64,000 nucleotides of DNA from NCBI GenBank assembly GCA_051294905.1, contig CM119385.1, positions 18,476,001 to 18,540,000 on the forward strand, given 5' to 3'. The position numbers and the translations under genes were made by a program. Shown piece by piece: positions 11,001-23,000 of this stretch. The notes below the pieces were generated by a model. The model saw only the letters and a list, made by a program, of their open reading frames with translations, had not been told where the DNA came from and did not search any database. The stretch is from Botryllus schlosseri. Its lineage: Eukaryota. Every line of letters begins with the position of its first letter. Within the stretch, counting starts at the first letter, position 1.

Positions 11001-14000
11001 CAGGCACAACTAGCAAAACACGCCCTAAATGATGCGAAATCCGCAATGCGGACGTTCGAGCGGGTCTTTCGGGAGTCGGACCGGAAAAATGACTTTTTTT
11101 AGTCATCACAAAAGGACTTCCCGTAAAAAAAATCAATTCACCCGTTTTCTAGTTTTTTAGTCCGGTAATCCAACTTTTATGATTTGTAAAAAGTGTCCTC
11201 TCTCTTCCGGATCCCAAAATATGGTCACATTATTAATATGTTGGACGCAGAAATCAAGCAGTATCGACGATTGGAGCACCCCAAAAACACGGATACCGTT
11301 TTCCCTTGCCGACCGCGTTCGGTAGGCCTACTCGTCTATAGGCTAGTTACTGCTGACGTGGATTAAGGATTATAGTTACGTTAACGATCAACATTGCAAA
11401 CTTATGCTACTACTTTCGTTTTTAGGCACGTGTTTTCACTCAGCATAGCCTTGATGGGTGCTGGATCCTGTTTTCAGCACGCTTACGGGATTTCATATCT
11501 TGACGAAAACGTATCGAAGGACAATTCTGCTCTATACAACTGTGAGATAACTTAATCATAGACCTTCTGTGTACATCGAAACGATGTCACGCGACCTAGA
11601 ATTCTGTGAATATAATTGGACCTGCAATACCGCAGGAGCGTCGTTAAAATTATGGAGACACAGACTGTATCTAGTTGAATATTTACAGCTATCTTCTTCG
11701 CCGTTACTGGTTTGGGAGCAGCGGTTGGCTTTGTTGCTGGAGGATGCTCTCTGAATTACTTCACATACCTCGATACAAAGTGAGTCTAAGCAGTGAAGCT
11801 AAGCAATAAGTAGTATTAAGTTCGTTAATATTTTGCCATGTTATTAGTGCGACAGAGTTGCCTATCGGCAGTGATAGCGAACTGTGGGTTGGTGCGTGGT
11901 GGCTTTGTTACGTCATAACCGCCGTTGCCACTTTTCTCGTCGCTATACCGATCAGTTTGTTTCCGCGTCATCTTCCCGGGACCGAAATATTCCGAGAGAA
12001 TCGAAATGCGGAGATGCAAAAAATTGCTTCCGACAATCACGAAAAAGACATCAGGTAGGAACGCATGTAACTTTATTTGGATAAGTGTTACGAATAACCC
12101 AATGAGATCTAGTCTAGGGCTACCATATTTTCGTTGCCCAAATTCCGGACACTCTTTAGCGCATCCTAGCGGGTTTTAAAATGAGGTATGACCACGTGTG
12201 ACGTCACACTGGCAATGCTTTGCCTATTCATTATATATAGCAGTGGTCGGGAACTTTTTTCGTCTGAAGAGCCGTGTTAGCCCTATATTAACCAATTAAC
12301 CATTTTAACTCCAAAAGTGCCATGAATGTGAATAAATTGTTACGTCACAGTTGAAAATTCATGACGTCATGCTAGTACAAATTCCAACTCAGTACATGGG
12401 ATTAATCGCGGGCGCCATATTTTCTATGTAAAAACTGGTAAGCTACTAATCCTGTGGTAGCGCAATTCATCGAAAATAGCTCAGAATTTATAATAATTGA
12501 TATTAATCTAGTGTAGCTGTGGCACTGACTCCGAAAATTTAAATATTGATCGACTTCTCAATTCGGCGGCGACATAAACATTGCACTACACGCCTACATT
12601 TTAACGGCAGTACTAGAAAGCTACTTATCAATGACGAACGTGGATAGCAAAGCGTTGTTTGTAATTTGGATTTGTAATTGGAATGTCACTTCTAAGGCAG
12701 TTTATTTCTCGGCGTAGATCAGTAAGACAATGTGTATTTGAAAACTAGATCGTCATATAGGCGTCCACATGTCATGCTATTCTCTTTGATCAACCAACGT
12801 GTGGTGCAACAAAAGATTACGCAGCGCGCGATGCCGGCTACATCGAATTCGCGAGGGATATTGGTCGCTGGCGCTACAGCAACATAAATTTGACGATTTT
12901 GTAACGGGGTCCAACCGCTTAACCCTGCTGGATACGCCACTGTCTTGACGTCTCAAATACATGTTTATGCTGCCACGAGTATAATTATTCTAACCGTTAA
13001 GAAAATTTACGAACAAGTTGCTGCAATATCGATAAAATTACGTACAAAATTGAAAATATGGCAAAGAGCCATATCTCATACCCAATAGAGCCATATATGG
13101 CTCGCGAGCCATAGGTTCCCGACCACTGGTATGCAGGATTGAATTTTTTTCCGTGACCCGCCTGGAGAACCACTTGAGAACCACTATCTTTTACTAAAGC
13201 ATCCAAATGGCCTTATCGACATTAGGAACATACGGTTCACTAAAAATTGCGATAACAATTAGTTTCATTACATCAAATGATAATTAATTTATTTGATTCT
13301 GTATTCTAGTTTTTGCGAGGATACTAAAATTTACACCTGGACCCTAAATCGCGCCCAGCGCGAAGAAAATTTTCGAGTACCATAAATCTTCCCCAAAATA
13401 GATGTTGTTTATGTTGATTTACGAAAAAATTTCAGCTTCCTTCAAGCCTTCAAAATTCCGGACATTTTGGAATATTTCATCAGCATTTCCTCCTTGACGC
13501 AGAGTTTAAGTAATGAAATTCCGACATGTCTGGGAAATTCCGGACGTATGGCAATTGGCAACCCTAGTCTAGTCAAATCAAGACATCACTTCGCGGAGCC
13601 GGTGATAGCCTACATATCGTGAAACATGGTTTGGTGTTTAGCAGCGGCAATCGAACAGAGAGTTGAACAGCTCGAAAATTTTCAGATTTTTCAAATTAGA
13701 TTAGAATTGAAGCTACACATTTTCTGTATCCAAATTAGATTACAATTACTAAATTCGCAAAAACTTGGAAATTGAATTGAATTCCAGGTTAGAAAGAAAT
13801 ACAATAAAAATCAAGTTCAGTTCGTATCAAATCAGACTTCACCCTCATGAGCACGATAACGATAAATGTCTCTACTGGGGGGTTATTACATGCTCTTCGT
13901 AAGAACAAAAATCTTCGGTATTTTGAAAATCGCCGAAGATTTTTTATGATCGGTATTCCATGCGATCTTGTCACGAACACGAAGAAAAATATATTCGAGA

Positions 14001-17000
14001 ATCCGCACAATTATATTCGGGAAGCTGCGAACAGTCAATACCATTCGTGTTCGTACGATCGCCATTCCCCAGCAAACACGAAACAGCCCATTGAGGTTAA
14101 AAAAACATTTTTATTTGGTTCATATTGAAGACTAGCAGGATAGTTTAAAGTCGGTTTTTGTGTCGACTCAATTTAACGCGTTCTTCACGCAAATCGGGAT
14201 CGTTAATAAAACGTAGATAAAACTGTGTATCTACAATGCTTTAGAACGTACAATCGATGGTCAGAAAAACATCCTGAGATACTAACATCCCTGTATTCCC
14301 ATATTTAGGCATACCTGAGGGTGGCTGCGGACACATACACGTATCACAGTACACATTGCCTTTGATGAACTTATAATTCATACAGAAAACAGTGTCAACG
14401 AAACTCAAAGAAAATAATTCAGAACGAAACGATGTCAAAGAAGCGAATGAAAAAATAATCAAGCCAACTGATTATGTGTCTTCTTCATCTTCTGATGACG
14501 AGGATAAGACGCTGCTTTCTGCCTTTTGCCCCATAGAACCCTACAGAGAAACAACAACATTGAATGTTAAAGACATGCTCGATCCTGTTTAGATAGCTCT
14601 TAGTACTACGCAGTGTTGGGATGACTCGAGTCACTTTGCAAAAATGACTTGACTCGACTCGGCGCTCGAGATATATGGATTGACTCGTGACTCGGAGTAA
14701 AATTCACGAGTCAATTTCAAGTAATCAAGTAAACGGTGTCAATTAAATCACCCTATATCTTATGTACGTTCGGATTTTTTGCGATATGCCGGTATCACTT
14801 GTGAGAGCAAACACCAAACAGCCATTCACTGATCGCACCTTTCACTGATCCTGTTGTTACATCATAATTTAATTGACCGCAAACGAAACGGTCACAGCTT
14901 ATGCTTGCGTTGTCGTCGTCGTAGTAGTTTATTCTGTTAGCAAGGTATCATTGTTTCTCAGACAGCACAGTGGTTAAATTGCGCGGTGCTATCTTTTACC
15001 AACTCTCCTGTATAATTTAAATCGAACGAATATTGTCTATGCGTCCCTATTCTCACGGAAGGGTAGTATATTGTCCCTTATCAATTTATTGCAACTTCTC
15101 GAGGCTTCGTATTCGATCCTCTATTTCGGCCGATAATAGAACGTAGCGTGTAGCTATAAAGTTACTCACATATGCTATTAGCAGTTCTACGTGTGAGTGA
15201 TAAAACGCCTTTTGCATTTATATTTAACTTTATATTATTTGATTGAAGATAAATGACCGATTAATCCGTCTTTTACCCAGCAAAATGGAATGCGAGAACG
15301 TGTCGTCCGACATCCGACTTCGCGCCTGCACTCGCGAAGAGATCATCTGCGATGAAACCTTTGCACAAAGTGATAGACGCGCTTTCACTGAACTCTTCGA
15401 TATTGATATGTCCAAGCGTTGATTAATCATGTCCTGGTCAAATAAGCCCAGCGGTATACAGCGACGGCCCACAATATATGCAACTAACATTATTTCATTG
15501 ACTTAATTGTTTCGTGAACTTTGAAAAAATTTGAAAAGGTTGGCCACCCCTGCACAAACCATAATAGACTTTTGAAAACGATTGGCCGCCCCTGCACTAA
15601 CCATAATAGACTTGCAATGTTAAATTACATAACATTCTGTTGAATAACATTACATCATATTACATTTGAATAACTGAACCATGACACTGAATTGGTTAAT
15701 CGATTGAATAATGATTGACAAAAATTTATTGATACCGTACATCAGGGGTGGCCAACCTTTTCGGCCAACGGGCCACATGAGATTTCCAAACCATTGCGTG
15801 GGCCACTTGAATGTTGATGTGCTTTTTTAGTCGTTCGATAGGAACGAACCGGATTATAGGTAACGGTAAAAAAGGACTCATATTACCACACATCAAAATC
15901 GTTAACAATTATGTCATGAAAACATGTCCTAGTCGCGCAAAGCGCGAAAATATTATTAAAGTTAATGAAAGAATTAGGTCAATAAAACATTGTTAGTTGC
16001 ATATATTGTGGGTCGACGCTGTAAACTGCTGGGCTCATTTGGCCAGGACATGATTAATCAACGCTTGGACGTATCAATATCGAAGAGTTCAGTGAAAGTG
16101 CGTCTATCACTTTGTGCAAAGGTTTCATCGCCGACGATCTTTTCGCGAGTGCAGACGCGAAGTCGTATGTCGGACGACACGTTCTCGCATAATTGCCAAT
16201 ATAGCTAATATCAATTCCGTAAATAAGACGTTTCAGGAGGAGACACCAATACTAAAAGCAAGAAATCGATTGGCAATAAATCGAGCGCAGCGCTAAAAAA
16301 ATATCAAGACAAATAAATCCTTTACGAGATATTCTACTTTATGGTCATATACCAAGATGGCTCCTGGCTACGCCAACATGTCGGAACTGATATTTTAGTC
16401 ATCAACAGCCTAAAGTCCGCGGTCAGGCTAACATTCGCACACGCTGCGCACACACGACAGTCCTGCTGGAGACGCGATAGTTCAGGCTGGCAACATAGTG
16501 TAGCCAGAATACCCTGCATGCCGTCAAACAATGTGTTGGGGTCGCTAATATTCTGGCTGCTCGTTTTAATATTTTTGATATGACGATAAAGGGGTGGTGG
16601 GGAAAATTTTAGCTATTGTCAAGGTAGCTTGTCAAAAAAGTTCGAGAACCACTGAGCTAGCTCAACATTTACATGGGGTGTAAGGTAGGCTACTGAACAC
16701 ATATAGATAGGTTCGAAGGTAAACATAAATGTTGCTCACTATATATATGATCTTGTACAACGCGAGCTTGTTAAAAGCCTCCTTCTCAGATTTTCCAACA
16801 CGGCTGTAACTGCTCCACACACGGGTAGTAGCGACCTTTTTCATGATGGATCTGACAGATTGGCCATTTGTGTCGCCTCCAACTGAGCTGAATCCAGCTA
16901 TCTGAAATCATAATATACAAACAGAATTATTCAAGTGCAACGATCATACCCGACAAGGACTTCACAAAAAGACTTGGACAATTAGAAATATTTTAGCTTT

Positions 17001-20000
17001 TCCTGATTAGATTGGAATTACAGTTAGATATATTTCCGAATCAGAGTAGAATAAGGATTATAGCTACACAGCAGTTGTCTGCAAATTGGATTTAAATTAG
17101 AATTATAGCTACAGTTTGTATACAAATTAGATTAAAATGACTAAACTCGAGAAAACTCGGACATCGCATCAAGTTCCAAATCATGGTCCATTCTTATTAA
17201 GGACATGAGAATAGCAAATGTCTGTACCGTACAGCAAGCTTGGCTTGTTTCACACAATAGGCCTACAGTCGCCTTTACAGGAAAACCAGGAATTGGATTA
17301 GAAGTAAAACAAAAATGCATAATCATGCATCCAAGCCTCTTGCTTTGAGTCTGGAGTTTTAACTAGGATTGCAGAAAAGTTTTGAGAAGACTGCTAACGT
17401 TACGTCACTGCTATTTCAATGCAATGTGCTGTGTAACTTTCCAGTTGACCGAACAGTAGCTATAGATATAGGTATTGGTAACTAATCTACGGATAGATGT
17501 GCAACACGTGGCTGACGGTTGAATGCTGAAATTGATGTCAGTTTCAAATTATTGTTTTTTTTCAAAATAAGCTATTCGCCTGTGTGCAACAACACTATTC
17601 CGCACTAGCAGAAACGGCTTCGTCGTTGTACTAACGGATGGTGTATCATATCTGTTTGTAAAAGGGTAATGTATTGCATCTTATCAATTTATTTCTCTAT
17701 TCTCTATTTTGGCTGGTAAAGTTACCAGTTCTAGAAGTTCTATAAACTGAGGCTGTGCAATTACTTACGCAGTTTAACAGTTCTGCGTATATGTGAGCGA
17801 TACAGCGTCTTCTTACGCGTATATTTAACTCTATATTCGTTCATTGGCTCAGAGTCAATTACCGCTCAATCTGTTTCAGACAGCTAGCAAAATGCAATGA
17901 CATAATCATGCCTCATACGACGAAAAGGCACCTTGACTTGAATTTTGACTCAACTCGAGTCACATACAAAAATCGAGTGATTCGACTCGAGTCACCTTCG
18001 AAAATCGATTAACCTGACTTGACGCGAGTCAAAATATACAATATGGCGGTATCGTATCTACAGGGGTTCTTAAATACTTTTGGTCATGAAACTAAAATGC
18101 GGATATTCGACCCCCACATTGTTTTCAGAATATTAAAATGAATCTAGTGCACATAACTATCCCCGCAAAGCATGAAAATATAGTCTCAAGTTACTGAAGA
18201 TACCTCATTACTCTAAAGAACCCTATTGAGGGATTCTGGGTACAGCAGTTGCAGTTATTGCTTCACATCCACGAATCAAACATTGATACTTGGTTTGAGA
18301 TTGAGTTTTTGATATCATTATAATTATCAAAGTCAGTCCGGTTAAAAATTCTAGACATACCGAGGGAATACTACGAAAGTATGTAAATCCACTTTTGCGA
18401 TCGTCTCAGTGTGATATTGTGACAGTCCGGTCTGCCAAGTGGGAAGTTGCTTCTGCATTGGATGAACTTTAAACTGCAATTGTATATCATGTTTTGCTAG
18501 CCATAAGTCTCAGAAGTATTAGAAATATTCAGCCTCATACCTGCGGTACAATCTTTTTGTAGAACAGTTTAATTCACTTTCCGGTCAAGAAGTTTACCAA
18601 TTTTGCCAGCTCTTACGCATCTGCTTGCTCTTCCGAAAAAAATCAGTGCTGCTGTTTCTGAAATCGAAAGCAGTAGGTGGTAATCTTAGCGCTGGCAACT
18701 CGAGCTCAAAATTTTGTTTAACCGGTCTCAATCGAAAGCTACTGTCACATTGATTTCGAAAATATAAATTAAAATTTGGTCCGGCCACTGGAACCCCCCG
18801 AAAATAACCCTCAATGTCCGAATTTACATTGTTTCTAACAATTGTATCGCCCGTAGACAATAGTCGAATAAAGTCTCTTTTCGACTGTGACGCCAACAAG
18901 CGTCTCGGCAAAGTCGAGCTGTGTTCCCCATGATTGTCAGAGTATTTTGCGACATATAATTCAATGTGACCCGAATACGTCGAGTAGTTTTTGCATTTCG
19001 CATCATCGCGCATCCACGAATTTTGATTATACAAATGCAGCCTACCTACGCATATCACTGCGGAATTCGATATAGATGCGTACTTCCTTGCACGTAGCAG
19101 ATGAATCCATTCGGCTCTTTGTGGGTCATAAATTTCATCGGAACTGACAATATTATAACATAGTTCTAATGTGAATGAGACACCAGTGCGATAACACACT
19201 AGGTGTTCTCTGCGCATAACAGGCTAATTAACGAAACAGTGTTTATAGTGCATCATAGATAGATAAATTGTACCTATAATTGGGATGTTCGGCAGTTTGA
19301 AATCATAAATTTGCGATATCTGCAACGCCGATCAAAACATGGCGGCCAAAAACCACTTAGATCACACACCACTGTTTATGCCATTTTTGGTTTGGTTGGG
19401 ATGCCGTTTAGGACTTAGCTGAATGAATTATGAGAATGAGCCGTTTTTTTAATCAGTCGGTTAATCGCAGAGAATAACTGGTGTATTCTCATTTCTATTT
19501 GTCCAAATTTTTATATGTGCGACAAAAAATATGAAAGTAGGCTACTTGCATTTTAGGACGTATTCGCGTTTACAGCGATTGATGCGATGCAACCAACTCA
19601 AAGTAGCTGCAACCAATGTTCCCTCCAATTTTTCAAGAGTCTGCACGCACTCAACTTGGACAACAGTGCGTAGCGACTAAAAAAAGGTCATCACTTTGAT
19701 GTTTTGTGCGCAGCTTAAATTTTCTGTGCCCAGATACGGTGTCAGCATGTCGCAATTGCACACTTGAGCAGCTTACAGGGAACATTGGTTGCAACACCTA
19801 AAACTACGTTCCAATATTGCCAATTCAAATAAAATTTAGGAACCATCAAGACCCGAATGGAACTATATAATTGTTTTGTAAATAGGCCAGCTAGCTTCCT
19901 ACACGTTGATGTTGATAGTAAATTCTACAATATGCGTTGGCTTCAGTGCTATCATTTGTATTCTCATATTTGTAAATGCGCTACGACGCGAAATACTAAA

Positions 20001-23000
20001 ACTACTCGAATAGGACGTATATTGGCATCACATCAATCTCTAGCAACATACTCAGAGGGTCACGGCCTCACCGGGAGCACGGCTTGACTTCGCCGAGACG
20101 CTCAATGGCATGGCGTCACAATCGGTACCGTGCGTACCAAATGTTAATCGGCATTCAGCTCGGGCGCCCCTATTGTTCAGTAAAATGAAAATTTCCAACT
20201 TTGTGGGAGATTTTAGGGGGTTTCAGTGCCCGGACGAGATTTTAATTAGTATTTTAGGAATCAGTGAAAAAGTAGTTGGTACAGCTGGTCGCCAGCGCTA
20301 AGATTATACCCAGTAGGCCGTGTCATATAATCTCCTACATGTTACGGTATGTTATCATAATATGATACGAAAATGACTCATGTAAGCATAATTTTAGAAA
20401 CTTACGTGGATAACTGCAGACGACCAAGCCATTGAGCAACCCATATAGTATGCAGTCCGGTACGGTGATTGTCCCTGATAACATGCTACATTATAATGTT
20501 ATAAATAGCTGAAAATGCTTGTATTATTATTATTACAGCCACCGAAATAGACGTAATTTTCGAACTGTTTGCAGCAAGTCAAACAGCTCTCGGAGTCATA
20601 AACTACAAGGTATTCCTTCAAAATAGCATATTACTCGCTCAACTATGTACCGTACACCTAGTTTTTACCCACATCCGGTACCAGTCGCAATTCCAGCTTC
20701 CAGAATTTAACATACACAACTACAACCACATTCCGAAACAGTCATCCCGCGAACGAAGCGCGAAGCGCGGTTCAAAGTTCCAGAATAATCTAGAAGTCAC
20801 GCTCGGATAACCACGTACAGTTAAGTGCACCCATTCGACTTATTTAGTTATATTTACTCGGAATAAAACTGGAATTCATGCTCAGCTAGCGAAACAGACG
20901 AGACTCACGAGACAATGAATATAGGCTGTATATAATGATGACGGTAAATCAGAAAATAAGGTTTTCGACCAAGTAACACGAATTTATACTGATGGCAGCA
21001 CTCTATCAAAACGCAACGGTATCTACAGGTTCCAAATAGCTTCCCACATCAGAATACTTACCACCAAATTCGAATTCATACAGAATAATTTGATCCTCAA
21101 GATCATTTTTCCTACGTTTTTTAAACATACCTCTGAAACATAAAAATCGAAACCCTAAAATAACCATTCGAAACCATCCCGAAAGGTTTTTTTACGGTTC
21201 TGTGTTTGCTGGGTCGGAAGACTTATTTCGGCATCATGGCTGCCCGTTATTTCTTTGTAAATGATCGCATATCGCACGTTGGAAGAGGTAAAGAACGAGA
21301 ACATTTTGACTTGAACGAGTGGAGCGAGAACGAAGTCATTACAGAATTTCGAATGAGCAAAGAAGAAATCGATTATTTGTGTTCACTACCTGCATTAAGG
21401 AATAGTATGGAACCATTAGGTTATCGTTCGGCAGACCTAACTTTACAACACAAAGTTTTGATATCTCTGAAAACGCTTGGTTCAGGGAGCTTTCAGAATT
21501 GCAGTAAAGATTTCTTGAACGTATCGCAGCCAACTGTGAGCAAAGTGTTAGGTGTATTTTGCGATTCAATGCTTTCGATGGCTCCAAATTATATTTATAT
21601 GCCAAGAAATAACTCGGAAGTCACTGCCGCAAAACGCTGTTTTTATCAAGTAGCGGGTTTTCCTGGCGTAATCGGCTGCGTCGATGGATCTCATATCCCC
21701 ATAATTGCTCCGCATGATGATGAGTTTGCTTATGTCAATAGAAAAAGATTTCACTCTATTAATATCCAGGGAATCTGTGATGCAAACCTTTTATTTACCG
21801 ATGTTGTGGCAAAATGGCCTGGATCAAACCATGACTCTTTCATTCTTCAAAATTCAAGGATTTTTGGCGATTTCGAAAGAGGCAAATTCGGGGATTCTTG
21901 GCTTCTGGGGGATAGTGGTTACCCGTTAAAGAACTGGCTGATGACTCCTATAATCGGCGGAAGCACGGAGGCAGAGAAAAAATACAATAGGTTACACCGC
22001 AAAACACGTTGCTTGATAGAAAGAGCATTTGGTGTGCTGAAAAGTAGGTGGAGGATATTGGACCACACGGGAGGAAGTATGTGTTACTCTCCTGCGAAAG
22101 CTGCAAAGATTACAGTGACATGCTGCTTGCTTCACAACATCTGTCGTAGGAATGGAACGCCACTGCCCAACTGTAATCCGGATATAATTTGGCCCTGGGA
22201 TGTTCAAGACGACGTAACTCTCACTGCAACTCCTACAGCATTGAGGAAAAGGCAGAAAATTTTGGAACTACTGTAAAAACTTTGATATTTATTTACTCTC
22301 ACACACCGAAATTATAATAAACAGGCTGCTGTAATTCTTCCCTGGCTGCTAGGTCCTGAGATGTTTGAGGGTTCATGCTACTCGATATGATCTCGTTGTG
22401 TCTTTTGAACTCTAGTAGGAAATTTGACAGAATCGTATTAGTCGCACGGAGTTCCTCGTGGATTTTGTTTATACCATCTTTAATCTCGAGCTCAGCCTTC
22501 ACAATTTCTTCCCCTTGTTGCTCTCGTCGGCTTAGTTTGACTCTGTTGGATGACGAGCGACCGTCATCGGTAGGAGTGGTCCTTTTTCTCGCCATTGGGG
22601 TCACTGGCATCAATGACGTACAGCTATTCAAATTTACTGGAGGAGCCGGTGTTGCAGCAGCTGATGCCAAGTATGCCACATCACAGTTTTGTGTATTCGG
22701 GATACCTTCTGTGTAAATAGCACCAATGAAGTTTGCGATTCTGAAATGCAATTCGGAAGGGACGCTTGCTTCATTTTCACCACCCCCAGTCTTAACTAGT
22801 TCTCTCTTGTACTCCGCCACCGATTTTTTTGCCAGAGACTTCAAATCGAACCACTTTTTTTTTACTTTTTCTGCCTCCAACTTTGATCCATACCCTGTGG
22901 AGTTTATTGTTACAGTAATTTCCTGCCACCTTTCATCAACCATGGCCTTGGTTTTGGAATTAGAGATGGCTCCAGTAAGAAATTTATAGCTCTCTTCCAC

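Noticed and set aside
12719-12962. Minus-strand ORFs as part of the nested gene
   Set aside because: They lie inside the 12241-13128 hAT element and show no recognisable motif.
20330-20490. Possible left TIR of the Harbinger (CCTACATGTT, CCCTGATAACATGCT)
   Set aside because: Only partial similarity to the complement of the right-hand CATGTAATAGG and no matching 3-bp TSD.
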